From the human T2T-CHM13v2.0 reference genome, Homo sapiens: DNA of 64,000 nt. Location: NCBI RefSeq assembly GCF_009914755.1, contig NC_060925.1; one strand, 5' to 3'. Below the pieces are notes generated by a model. That model was not told the origin of the DNA and did not search any database. It saw only the letters and a list, made by a program, of their open reading frames with translations. This document shows positions 43,096-55,936 of this stretch, piece after piece; positions within the stretch are counted from its first letter, which is position 1; the number at the start of each line of letters is the position of its first letter. Position numbers and translations under genes: made by a program.

Positions 43096-45674
43096 TGAGG
43101 ACAGGTGGAAATTAGCAGAGAGTGGGCAGAAAGAAAGAGAAAAAGGAAAAGGTTCAAAAAGGAGCCTGCGGGTCAAGAGGACACACAAGCAACAACAGGA
43201 AGTAGACATCCTCCTGCCTTGCCCCCTCAGCCAGTCACATGCTTCTAACTTTCTCCCTCACACACCTGAGGTCTGCCTGGGACAGCCTCCAACAGCCTGC
43301 CAAACAGGTGACACCCAGAGCACTGGCTACCCACACAGCTGCCGCACTTCAAGCTCCCACAGTGAGAATACCAGCCCACTTCCGTCCAGGGGTTGGGCTT
43401 TATTTGTTTTGGATTTCCAATACCGGGGACTTGCTGGGGCCAAGTCAATACTGGAAGGCCAAGGAGATGGCTGGGCAGATAGATGTGGTGCAAGGTTCTA
43501 CACGCTGCCTCACCTGTGCCAGCTTAGGGTCTGTGGTCATGGGGCAGTGGGGCAGATGCATCCCACTCACTTCCCCACCATAGATACAGCTCAGATGGAG
43601 GCACCAATGTGCCTGGAAGAGCAAGGCCAAGGCCTTGGAAGTGAGTTCACAGGGCTGCGGAAGTGAGTGGCCTCTAAATCTCACCTCCTCTCCTTGCTCT
43701 GGCACTCACCTACACTCAAGGCAAGTCACAAAATTAGGCCGGTAAAGCCTGGGAGAGGTAGCCTAGTGTCTTGTTGAGAGCCAGAACCAGGCTAAAAACC
43801 CAGCCCGATGACCAGCAAGCTGCTGCTCTTCACCCATTCGACAAGAAACAGGTAAGCACCTACCCATTATGTGTTCTCAGCAGCCTCGTCTGCAAAGATA
43901 AGATGACAATTACCTGTCTGAACAAAGCTCTTCTGAGGATGGAACATGATTAACAAATATAAAACACCCAGCATAATGTTGGGCACATCAAAAAGAGCCA
44001 CTATGGAGGAGAGATTAGAATTATTAGGGTCATATCTTCCAACCCAGAGCTTGAGACCCAACCAGGTCTCTGTACCATCCACCAGCATGTCAGCTCCACA
44101 AGGTAGGCAGGGATATTCCTCTGCTGTTCCCTGCGGCATTCCCAGCACCTACAGCGGTGCCTGGCACACAGTAGGCACCCAAATGTTTGTTTGTTATGTG
44201 AGCAAAACAACTGCCGGGCATCCAATGCCCTTAAGGTTAGATGCAGAAATATCAAAACTGCATGATACACTGACCATCTTGGGGACAGAAGAGCATACTA
44301 TGAAGTTATGAAACAAGCAGCCTTGGCCCATATCCTGGGAACAAAAGGCTACTGGTTCCCCCCAAATGAAGCCAAAATCAAAGAGGAGACCAGCACAGAG
44401 CTCCCTCAGGCTTCAGCCTTGAAAAGGCATGTTGGCTTTTACAGGAAGCAGGTAAGGGTTTAGCCATGCCACCTTAGTTTCGCTCATGAAATGATGGCTG
44501 GGGGTCACAAGAGGTGGGTATCCAATGAGGAAACAGTGTGGATGGGCCAAAAAAAAAAAAAATCAAAATCATTATTTTACAGATATCTTTTTCAAGAAAT
44601 GCCTCCCGCTTCAGCTGGGATTCATAGCCATTTCATCTTTTAACTTTCCTCTCCTCTCCTCATTTCCATTTTAGGTTCAACCTTACCTGGCGAGTGTCCT
44701 GGAATACATAACACAAATTGCTGGCAATCTGGAGCCCCTGGTACATCTCCCACCTGGGGTCCCTTTAGCCTCTGCTGTTGGCTGTCATTTGAACCCTTCT
44801 GCCCCAAATTAAACCGCTCTAAACCCCAACCCTGGGTACTTAACCAGAAATGCCTCTACCATTTCCACCTCTATTGGCTGTGCCTCACCTGCCACGCCAA
44901 CCTGGGACTATGAAAACCCACCAAGATATATTAAGTAGGAGCATCCACGTGAAAAGGCATCTCAGCAGAGTGACAGTGTGAAGATCTGGGAAGCTGAAGC
45001 CTTCACCGCTGCTTCCTTTTAGGTGGTGACCTGAGAACAGGTTGCTTACACTTTCTGAGCCCCAACTGTGCCATCCATAAAAATGGGCAAAATAATAATA
45101 GTGCCTCCCAACAGGGTTGCTGTAGAGACAAAACACAAGAGCAGCCCCTGAATGCTTCTTTTTGAAAGTGCGGAACAAGCGCTGTTACTAGGAACTCTAG
45201 TCTCCTTTCTCATCCGTGGAAGAGGTACAAGCTAGAAAACTGTGCCAAGCACAAGGCAGCCCTGCAAAGCAGAAGTAGTCCTGTTTTTCTCAAGTGATTA
45301 ACAGGTCCAAGAAAGGCTGTGGTGAGATTTACGAGGGCCACAGCCAAGAGAGATTTATACGCGTATGGCCTTCAGATGGTTTTCTAAGACATGTGCACAA
45401 CCCGGGTTTGGCTGAGGAGCTCAGCAGCAAGTAATTTTCTAATTGATTCATTAGCACTCCAATCAACTACTACTTTAGACACAAAGGCCTTGCTTGGGTC
45501 TGAATGTCTCAGCCTGGGAAGCTGAGCTGAATAAACCATTCTTGCCCTGGGGGCAGCAGCAGCCCAGGGACAGGCAGGAGAACCCACACCATGACCATCC
45601 AAAAATCATATCAACGTGTAAATAAACTCAAGAGTCTGGACACAGAAATAGAACCCGCACAGCTTCTCAGATGC

Positions 45675-45957
45675 TTTTTTTTTTGAGACAGGGTCTCATT
45701 CTGTCACCAATGCTGGAGTGCAGTGGTGCAATCATAGCCTCAACCTCCTGGACTCAGCAATCCTCCAACCTCAGCCTCCTGAGTAGGTGAGACTACAGGC
45801 ACGTGCCGCCAAGCCCAGCTAATCTTTTTGTATTTTTTGTAGAGATGGGGGTCTCGCTATGTTGCCCAGGCTGGTCTCGAACTCCTAGCTCAAGCAATCT
45901 GCCCACCTCGGCCTCCCAAAGTGCTGGCATAACAAGTGTGAGCCACCGTGCCCAGCC
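45675..45957 (-). mobile_element. AluJb-type
   Basis: Reverse dimer, GGTCTCGCTATGTTGCCCAGGCTGGTCTCGAACTCC. Confidence 0.88.
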
Positions 45958-46844
45958 TTAAATGCTATTTTTTATAATGAGAATTTTCTGACCAGAAGAA
46001 GATGATGTGAAAAAAGTAAAGTAAAAGTAGGAAAACAGCCTGAAAAGAAATACTCGAAAAGTTAGCACAAAGTTAGTCCTGGTGGTGGGTGACTTTCTTT
46101 TCTTCCTTCCTCCTACTTTTCAAAATGAACGAGTACAGAACACATAACTTCTTCTGTTCTCTCAGGTATAAAATGGCAGCAATTATACCCCATTCCCAAG
46201 GTTACCGGAAGGATGAAATTAGATTATGTATGAAACAGGCAGAGCCTGAAGAGCCGGGGGTGCCAGAAAGGCTGACCCACCATATCAGTGACTCACGGGC
46301 CCACCTACCTCCTGGGCCAAAATTCAAGTTATGCTCAGGAAGGTTATAAATGACTCCAGTCACTTATGAATTGTTGAGGCCACAAATGCTAAAAGTCACA
46401 GATCTCAAGAGTAATGTTATGATAATCTAAATATAAATGAAACTTTAACAACAATCTTCCTTCATCTTTTCATGTTCCTCTGGCGTGTGGGATATTCACC
46501 TAAGACAGGGTTCCTCAACAGGCCAAGCTAGCAGGGATGAACCTCTAGCAGATTACTCCCACGGAGTGACCTCGCTGGGCCTTTATGGGAGCCCCTGTTT
46601 TGGGACCGGCTTGCTGCCTGTACACCAGCTGTAGAAACATCCCCAGTGCCATCTGGGAAGGACTCCTGACTCGATCTGGCCCAGCTCAGCACGCTGCCTA
46701 TCTATCCATCCACCCACCCATCCAAACATCTGTATGTTTATTCTCCAGAAGGAGCTCCTGGTGAGCTAAAGAGCAGTGTGAACTCCAGCAAACCAACAGG
46801 CTTCCACAGCATGGAAGGCAAAACACATGAAGACCCCCGATCTT

Positions 46845-46985
46845 GGCCAGGCCTGGTGGCGCATGCCTGTAGTCCCAGCTACTTGGGAGGTCGAGGCAGG
46901 AGGATCCCTTGAAGCCAGGAGTTTAAGACCTAACTGGGCAATATAGTGAGACCCTATCTCTACAAAACAAACAACAACAACAACC
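46845..46985 (+). mobile_element. FLAM_A-like Alu monomer with (CAA)n tail
   Basis: GGCCAGGCCTGGTGGCGCATGCCTGTAGTCCCAGCTAC...GAGACCCTATCTCT. Confidence 0.82.
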
Positions 46986-47747
46986 AAACCCCACCCCCGC
47001 CCCCCAAAAAAAACAGTCCCCTCAGTCTGAAGAGCCTTGGGCTAGACACGGCTCAGGGTACATAAAAGGACCAAAAGCCTAAAACTTCGGAAGCAGCACA
47101 AGGTGCCTTAGGAAGCTTGATAGAACTGATTCAAGTCCTACTTCACCTAGCAGGGAATTACCTTGTTATCCTACTAAGTGGCAATCTCCAGAGAGGCCAA
47201 ATGGATCCAAACTTCTTGGCTGACTGGTAAGGTGGCTTCTTCAAGTGACTTCTCCACAAAACACCCCTGAGGAACCTTCTGTCAGAAACGGTCCCCACTG
47301 GGTCATCCCACTTCCTATGAGGCTTCATCTCAGCTTCAAACCCCTTCCTCCCCTGCCTTCACCTCCCAGCCTCCAGAAGAGAAAGTCATCCATATGGGGT
47401 CTTACTATAGTAATGTTAATGGAACAAGGCAAGGGGAGGGCGGGATGGCCGTCATCTCATGAGCCTCACCTTGCAGGATGTGCAGCAGGAAGAAGCTGCG
47501 TCTTGCCGTTTGACCATGCGAGCATCTAGCGTGATCAGCACTGTGCTCACTGCCATCATCAATGCTAACAGAAACGTGCAGACAACACAAAACCTCAGAA
47601 CTCCCATCTCAATCAACTGCTCGGAAACTTCAATCTGAGAGTAAACTGTCATGTTTTTCCCACTCTAAAACAGGATGACTAATGACAGAGGAACCTCAAC
47701 ACAATCCATGGGGCTCAAGCCAGATCCCTCTCAACAGAGCACAAAAG

Positions 47748-47868
47748 CCACCCAGTCCCAAAAAATGTGAGCCGACGCCGGGCCCCTCAACGGATTCTGA
47801 ATGGCAAACCCGAGAACTGCAGGAGAGACAGGAGGCAGTAGGTGACGCGGGGAGGCGGCCCGACCGGA
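47748..47868 (+). repeat. Local dispersed duplication, copy 1 (paralogous to 49172-49307)
   Basis: Shared core GGCAAACCCGAGAACT(G/A)CAGGAGAGACA(G/C)GAGGCAGT with collinear flanks. Confidence 0.88.
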
Positions 47869-49171
47869 CAGCGCCGTGTCCTCAGACCGTCATGCCATCC
47901 CCTTGGTTTCCTCGCCTGCACGGGGGCTCCAGCTGCAGGCGCTCCCTGGACAGGTCCCCACACACCCCTGCCACAGGGAGGACAACTCTCAGAGGGCCCC
48001 AGCCAGTTTTAGAGCTGGATACACAAGTTTGTTTTATTTATTTTGCATCTAACAAGGCCCTGACACTCTAATTGGAATAGGGCAGACCCATTCTTTCCGT
48101 CGAAATCAGGCCCATTGCGAGGGGAAAAACTGCAGGCCAAAATCCAAGCTGAAAGGGTAAACTGGAAGATCACCTCTACTTTCAGATCCTACAGGTTCCA
48201 GAAAATCTTCAGCTCAACACCCCCGCTCCTGCCCTGTGACTTACACACATGTGGCCAGGCCATCCTCAGAAGCTTCAGCCTTAAAGATTTTTCCCTTTGC
48301 TCCTCTGAGATGTATCCACTCTGAAAAACCCTGTGCACCCTCTATGCTGGCCCCACCAAGTCAAGATTTCTCCCAGAAGGGGAATGGGAGTGTTTTCAAG
48401 TATCCAGGTGACCCAGGTACATTGTCAGATCCCAATTCTGGCCACCCTCTCACATGCTCCATGGAAGTCAGAGAAAAACAGGCAGGGTCAGAGGCTGCTC
48501 TCGAGGGCTGGCCTGCCCCATCCTACTCATGCTGCAGCCCAGGGCAAGGGGAGTGGCATTCAGCAAACCCTGTGGAACTACACTGAATGGGGCAAAATTC
48601 ACACAAGCCAGATAAACCCTAAAGCCACCTTCTATACCAAGAAACCAGTCTGAGGTCCAGCAATGCATAGACTCTGCTGAGATCTCTCTTTCCATCCAGA
48701 CATGGGCTGAGGGACTGAGAGGGACTGCAGATGATCAGGTCAGCACCTTCATTCTACAGATGAGGAGGAGACTGCAGCACAGAGGGGACTGACTCCCCAA
48801 ATCATACAGGGACTAGAAACCGAACTGGACCCAGATCCAGGGCTGTCAGTGACTGACCACTCCCCCGGCTCAGCAAGAGCACTCCTACATCCCAATGCTG
48901 CACCAGGATGCCCAACAAAAGATGGGACTCCCATTTCACTATCTGCAACCTGATCTTATCTAGAAAGCCTGGAGCCAGCGCATACCACTGTCTGCAGACT
49001 CTACAGCCTTACAAGGCTGCCTGTCTGCTCTGCTTTCTGCAGCATCAGTGCACCTCCCAGCCCCTCAAACTCCTACCCATCAAAACCACATGCCAGCCTT
49101 TCCCAGGCACCTGCCACATGCAGGGCAGGTGGACAGACCAGCAATGACACGGTACAGTGAGGCAAGTCTTT

Positions 49172-49307
49172 CCACCCAATCCCACAAAACATAAGCCAAT
49201 GCTGGGACCCTCAATGGACTCTGAGGGTCACCCCACTGAACGGCAAACCCGAGAACTACAGGAGAGACACGAGGCAGTGGGTGAAGTGGGGAGGTGGCCC
49301 TGCTGGA
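49172..49307 (+). repeat. Local dispersed duplication, copy 2
   Basis: Aligns to 47748-47868 with an extra 15 nt (GGGTCACCCCACTGA). Confidence 0.88.
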
Positions 49308-50177
49308 TCCTAGAGCCCCAGGAGGGTACACACTACCACTCTTGTCATGTGGTTCTCGGCGTTCACATCTAACGTGGGAGCAAGGAACTTCCACAAAGAC
49401 CTGCTGGGCCTCTAACACACAGACCTCTCCCCCAGGAGCTTACAACCGAGATGGGGAGGGGGAGTGAGCCACCTGAAGTCCCAGTAAGTACTCTAAGCTC
49501 CTCTCCAGCCCACTCCCCGCTCCCTCACAAATCCCAGGAACACTAACCTCTCCAGGGGAAAGAAATTCAAAAAACAAGAAACCCAGGAAGCCAACCAATC
49601 GGAGATCCCTGTGAACCTGGGCCTAATGTAACACACAACTCTGTGTTAAGACACGGTGCCTTAGGGAGGAGTGGACTTCAGAACACATCATCTGTACATG
49701 CCATCTACCCAGCCTGTGGACTTCCCAGTAATTACAGCCAAGAGCAAAGGGGTAGAAAAGAGAAAGGTGAATGAAAAATCATGAATGCCTCATGCCTTTC
49801 CAAGGCCAGAAGACTGCTTACTGCCCTCGACACAAGGTCCCTCTAAAAGGAAGGGGAGGGTGAGGCTGGGTTGTTTCCTCCTCCTCTCCTGCTCTTGCTT
49901 TGAAGGTCCCTCACACAATGGGAGGCTCTCAGGCCAGGACAACGGTGTGACCTGCCCCTTCTCTGCAATGCCTGCCACATGCGGCGTCCAACAAACGTCT
50001 GATGAGAGAATGAATGAGACCAGGCACTCTCTGTCCTGTTCCTCTCTGTGCTGGGCACACAGCAGACATGAGGCTACTGTGCTCAACTAAGCCGAATTTC
50101 TGGACAATATCTATCTGGAGATAAATACAAGAGGAGGGCACCAACCACAGACATTACAGGGAGATCTCCCCCAAATT

Positions 50178-50480
50178 TATTTTACTTATTTATTTTTTGA
50201 GACAGGGTCTCACTCTGTCGCCCAGGCTGGAGTACAGTGGCACAATCTTGGCTCACTGTAACCTCTGCCTTCTGGTTCAAGCGATTCTCCCGCCTCAACT
50301 TCCCAAGTAGCTGGGAGTACAGGCACGTGCCACCATGCGTGACTAATTTTTGTATTTTTAGTAGAAACAGGGTTTCACCATGTTGGCCAGGCTGGTCTGG
50401 AACTCCTGGCCTCAAGTGATCCACCCGGCTCAGCCTCCCGAAGTGCTGGGATTACAGGTGTTGAGCCACCGCGTCCAGCC
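50178..50480 (-). mobile_element. AluS full-length
   Basis: Reverse dimer; perfect 13 bp TSD TCTCCCCCAAATT. Confidence 0.92.
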
Positions 50481-50899
50481 TCTCCCCCAAATTCAGAGAG
50501 CTCCCCTGCCTCCCAAATTTAAGGAGGCTTCTTGGAAAACTAAAGGAGTTATCTTAAAGTCCTCCTAAAAAGCCAGTCCCTCTTTACGTGAGGTGGTGTT
50601 TCAAGAAGGCGGCTATTGTATGCAGGAGGGCAAACCCCTGCGTACATCCCTCTATCCACACCTCCCGCTTTGTGCGAGGGGACACGATCCCACGTGAGGG
50701 CTCCTGGAACCCAGCTCCCTCTCCTCCGCCCACCCTGCCTGGCCAGACCCCATTAACGCAGTGCTCGTGCCATCAACACTGTTGTTTTGGAATGTGCCAG
50801 TAATTCTAGTGGCAGGAACAGCAAGCTTTAAGCTCAGCAGAGAAACCAGCTGGAGAGGCAGCCTCATGAAATAATGAAATGCCAAACCAACCCCTACAT

Positions 50900-51620
50900 C
50901 TTCTCCAGTCTCTCAGGTCACCTACCAGATTAGAAGGCCTGTTGCTACGGCAACCATATCTTGCAAGTGCCGGCTGAACTTCCCCATAATTTTTAACCCT
51001 TTAACTAGCTCGGAGAGGGTAGCGTGCAGATGAGCCCAAATCCCGGGGAGCTGGCCTGCTCTAGGTGCGTTTTTACAAATTAAAGCAAGAAAAAAGAAAA
51101 CCAGCAGCCAGGGGGAGGGGTGAAAGTCCACAGTTGAACAAACAGACACGGTGCAAAGGAAACGCCGCACACTTCCACCTTTCCTTCCCGCCAGCGCCCC
51201 ACCAAACAACCTGATCGGCCACGGCGCAGCAAACTTTTCACGCACCTGGCAACTCCCAAGCGCAGGAGCTGCAAAGGAGATGGGAATAAACAATGGCAAA
51301 ATGGAACTGTGCCTGCCCCTCCCGGCCAGGCCCCGTGCCCTTGTGCTACAGAACAGCGCGGGCCCTTCTGTGGGAAGCAGAAGGCGGCCGGGAGCTAGGC
51401 GGCGGGGACAGATGGCCACGCAGGCACTGGCACTTTCCAGTTGTCTGATGGGCGCCGTCTGCCAAACAAGCCCCCCACCGCCTCGCAGCCGCTCCCACCC
51501 CAAACACAGAGCTTAGGAGCTGCAAAGGGAGCCGACATCCAAAGGGGGCCAAGCACGGGTGCCCCAGGAGCCGCTTCTCCCTCCAGCATTCTACCCACAT
51601 ATCTACAAGTCATCGGGTGT
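50900..51620. promoter_or_regulatory. Repeat-free CpG-enriched regulatory element (candidate alternative promoter or enhancer)
   Basis: Dense CpGs relative to the rest of the window; X-box GTTGCTACGGCAAC at 50941-50954; overlapping FOX/SOX-like AATAAACAAT at about 51285. Confidence 0.55.
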
Positions 51621-52450
51621 CCACTCGCCTTCTCTCCATTTCAGGAAGTCTTCCTCCACCCGCCCCACCTGCTTTGTGCTCAGCAACCAGCGTTCAAGAG
51701 ATCTTCAAAGAATAAATGTAGGGACTTTCCTCAGCCTCTTGGTTTTGACAAGACAGACTTCATAAAATCACACAGACGCAGAGAAAGGCCTGACACAGTC
51801 TCACCGCTGGGGGTAGAGCCCCTCACCTCACTCCACATCTTCTGGGTGGAGGGAACAGGGCTCACAGGGGTAACAGAGGCCTATCTGGTTTCCCCAGAGA
51901 ATCAAGGAAAGGCCCCTAGGAAGGGAGGGAGGGAAGACAGGAAGAGAGGTCTGAGTCCCCAGTGAGAGGAGACAGAAGGCCAAAGGGGCTAGGAGGGGAA
52001 GGGAGAAAAGGAAAAAGGCAGTGCGAGTGAGGAAGGCAGCCAGGCAACCTGGGACGCTAATTAAAGGCTTTGCAGCAATCGTGACTGCCTAACACAGTGG
52101 CCCAGGGTGGGCACTCGACAAATGAGGCCACCCTGCTACACACAGATCCACACCCCCACTCCTGACAAAAAGCTAGGGGCTCACTTACAAAGTCAGGCAG
52201 GCAGGAGAAGGAAGGTAGGTCAATGTGGGGGTGGGCAGTGCTTCAGTAAGTTTTTTGGGGGCTGGGGGTAGGGTGTACCATAAGGGTGCTAGCACTATTT
52301 GTGAAGAAAAGAGAGAAAATTCAACCCTGCACATCCTTGCCACCTCATCCTCCTGCTCCCCAGCCAGCCCCACCACCTCCACCTCTCCCCCATCCAGAGG
52401 GGACCCATGGGGTGAAATCCAGTCCAGTGAATTAAAGTCCTAATGTCCTA

Positions 52451-52580
52451 AGCTGCGCACAGCAGTGCACACCTGTAGTCCCAGCTATTCAGGAGGCTGA
52501 GGCCAGAGGATCACTTGAGCCCAGGAGTTCCAGGCCAGCCTGGTTAACATAGCAAGACCTTTTCTCTCACAAAATAAATG
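52451..52580 (+). mobile_element. FLAM_A-like Alu monomer
   Basis: CCTGTAGTCCCAGCTATTCAGGAGGCTGAGG...; TSD AAGTCCTAATGTC on both sides. Confidence 0.85.
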
Positions 52581-54119
52581 AAGTCCTAATGTCTTCTTTG
52601 CCAAGTAATAAGACACACCACAAATGGCCTGGCACCCAGGGAGCAGGGATGATTTTTGCTAGCATGTTCACCTGCCTCCCAGTCTTTCCACATGCACAGC
52701 AGTCATCAGGTTCCAGAGGACCCATCAAAGGTGGACTCTCCAAAGTAAAGGAAGATGGACAAACAGCACTTCCACACCTACACTATACCATCCAGGCATG
52801 AGGGTGCAGTGTTCTTACAGAAGGGTCTCCTTCCTTAATCCACTCGTGGGCAGGGCTGAGACAGCACCTCAATAGCCCTCTGCAGCATCTGGGACAGGAC
52901 AGGAGCTCTAAGAACATTTTCGAGCTAAAAAGGAAGGAGCTTTTTCCATTTTAACCCACCAGATGGGCAGGCTGCCACCAAGCTTATCTTCATTGGGCAC
53001 TTAACTATGTGCCAGGCACTGCACATACAAAATGAAGACTAACACGCCTGCCTAACCTCAAGGAGTACCTCTTAACTGGCAACTCAATGCCATACTCTGA
53101 CCGGGCTCCATTTCTACCTTGTGTGCAACAGACCCTCAGTATTTAGATACGGTGGACTCTTGGGGGCTTATCAGGTGTTCCCCTGAAGCTGAACCAGCCC
53201 ACCCAGCTCAGGAGGCCAGGAGGGCAAGGGCAGAGTCTCAGGGCTTCTGTGCAAATCCCAGTGCCGGCTGACTGGATGACCAACTGGAAGCTTCGTGAGC
53301 AACTCCACAACTGCTAAACTACAGACCATTTCTCCAGGGTTGCAGCTCACACCTTGCTCCAGGGCTTCCAGCTGCTTGACAGGAGAAGGGGAGATGGCAT
53401 AACCTCCATCCCCTGGGCCTCAGTATCCCCTGCTGGTAAAGTGAGGAGGATGCCCAGTCTGACCTCTGAAGACATCCGAACGAACAACACTGGGAGACCA
53501 GTACCATCCTAGCTGGACAGCGCTGTGGGGACGATGGATGCAAGAGAGGATTGCAAGTGGGGAGGGCATCCCAGCAGTGTGTCCCCACCTACGCTCTCAA
53601 CGACACAGGGAAATTCCGCCCACAGCTCTGAATAATCAAAGAAATAACATTTAGGTAAGGTTGGGGATTAAGCTAAACCTCACTTAAGAGGCAGGGATGT
53701 TGGCATTTGGGAGCAGGAAACAGGCCTGGGAACGCAGTTAATACCTACCACAGAGCAAAGCGGATCACCGCCAGCTCCTGACTCAAGAGCGTCTTCCACC
53801 CGCCACACTTCTCCCTCTGCCAACTCCAGGCGCTTCAAAGGGGCCAGGCCAAAAAGTGGGGGTTGGAGGTCAGTTGTGGAAGTCACATTATCAGAAGAAC
53901 ATTGGCAAACCAGAAGCCAGGGAGATGCCTTCCAAAACAGAACAGAGGCTATTTTAAACGTAAACCCACTGGTGGAGGTGGGGAGAGTTTTATGGGAAGA
54001 ACAGAGACATATATGAGTTGCTATAATTACCCTCCCCTCAAAAAAAAAAAAAAAAAAAAAAAGCTGTCATAGGAAGAAGTCTTCCCAGTTGGTGATGGTA
54101 ATACCTGGAACACAGATTA

Positions 54120-54200
54120 TAGCTGCTCTGTCTAAAACAGAAATGGGCTACCCTGTCTGGTAGTGAGTTCCCCATCACTGAAGGTAAAGCAGAGGCTGCA
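54120..54200 (+). mobile_element. L3/CR1 3' fragment
   Basis: AATGGGCTACCCTG...GGTAGTGAGTTCCCCATCACTGAAGGT...AAGCAGAGGCTG resembles the L3 3' consensus. Confidence 0.65.
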
Positions 54201-55602
54201 GAAGAAACCAGGGCCAGGGAGACTCTCATAGTCAGAAGGGATTTTAGAGGTTATCGACTGATAAAATGCTAATGGGAAAATAACTCAAAGCCCTTCACGC
54301 TTTAAAACAGTCTTTCCTTTAAAAAAGCACCTAGGATTCCTACAGAGGACATGGAAAGGTTTTGCATGCCCTCACTGACCTACAGAGAGCTTTTTATAAA
54401 CATAAGGTTTCCCTGGCATCCTTGGCCAGACTCCACCTACTCTTCTTCCCGGCTGTAGAGGTCACTGTGTTTTTGTGGCAAAAGCTGCAGGTGGTGACAG
54501 AAATGCTGGATAAGTAAGAAAAGCTGTTATGTAAAAACTCCAATGTTTAGGGCACTTCCGTGGAGCAAAGAATCAGAAAATACGTTTCAGAGAGCAGAAA
54601 TGGAGCAGGTGAGCATTCATCATTTCAGGAGGGTGCGATGCCATCTTGGTACCCCACAGCAACACCACTGGCCTGACAGGCTGAGGATAAATGGGGACCA
54701 CCGTGACCAGTTAACACTCACCTACCTTGAAGAAATGTTCAGATCATGGGTTGATAATCACCAAGGAGTCAAACCATGACCTCCCACCACTACTGGGTGT
54801 GTGACTCAACCGCCAACACCTTCAGAGTCTTGTTCACTTGCAAAATTCTTAGGACCTAGAACAGTACCTGACATATACCATGTGCTCAAAGAAATAAAAA
54901 GAATACATATTAAAAACAAATAAGCCAACCAAGTATCTTTTCTCTCGGTTTTGGAATCAATTACATAACTTCTCTTCCTCTGCTGATTCACCTATCTCCT
55001 TCAGTTCAACCCAAAAAACATTATACTAAAATTACTTTGCATTCCCTGAGTCCACAGAGGGACAAAAGAGCTGTCTAGAAGCTTAGGGAGGAAGAGGAAA
55101 GTTAGAGCACAGAAATATGGAAACCTCCACTTGAGCTCCCCGAAGATCAGAATGTTTGTCTTTTGTTCATTGCTTTATCATGTGTTCTAATACTGGCACA
55201 CGATAGGCACTCAACAAATACCTAAAAGAATTAGCAAACAAATTCTCTGTCCAATCTTGGCAATCACTTCACTCTCTAAAACATCTCTTCTCAACTACAG
55301 AATAACAGCGCTGGAAGGGGCTCAGGGGTCCCCAGCCAGTTCTAATGTATCTGAAAGCCTGTGACCCAGGTAAACTGGCCTGGGAATGGCTTTGATCACA
55401 GAAAGCCTGCATGGGTCCCCCCAAGTGTTTCCACCAAAGAAACTAGGAGGCAGTGTGGTGCCATAAAAAAAAGAACCCAAATTTAAAGCCCAAAATGTTT
55501 AGGTAACAGCTTTGCTTAGGACACATGAACTTGGGGAAGTTACTGAACCTCCTCGAGTCTCAATTTCCTCACCTGCAAAATGGGGGACCATGCCCCAGGT
55601 CA

Positions 55603-55936
<334 letters not shown>

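Noticed and set aside
43067-43666. 199 aa ORF starting MGGGGGGG
   Set aside because: The poly-Gly is just the poly-G tract; the remainder is unrecognisable.
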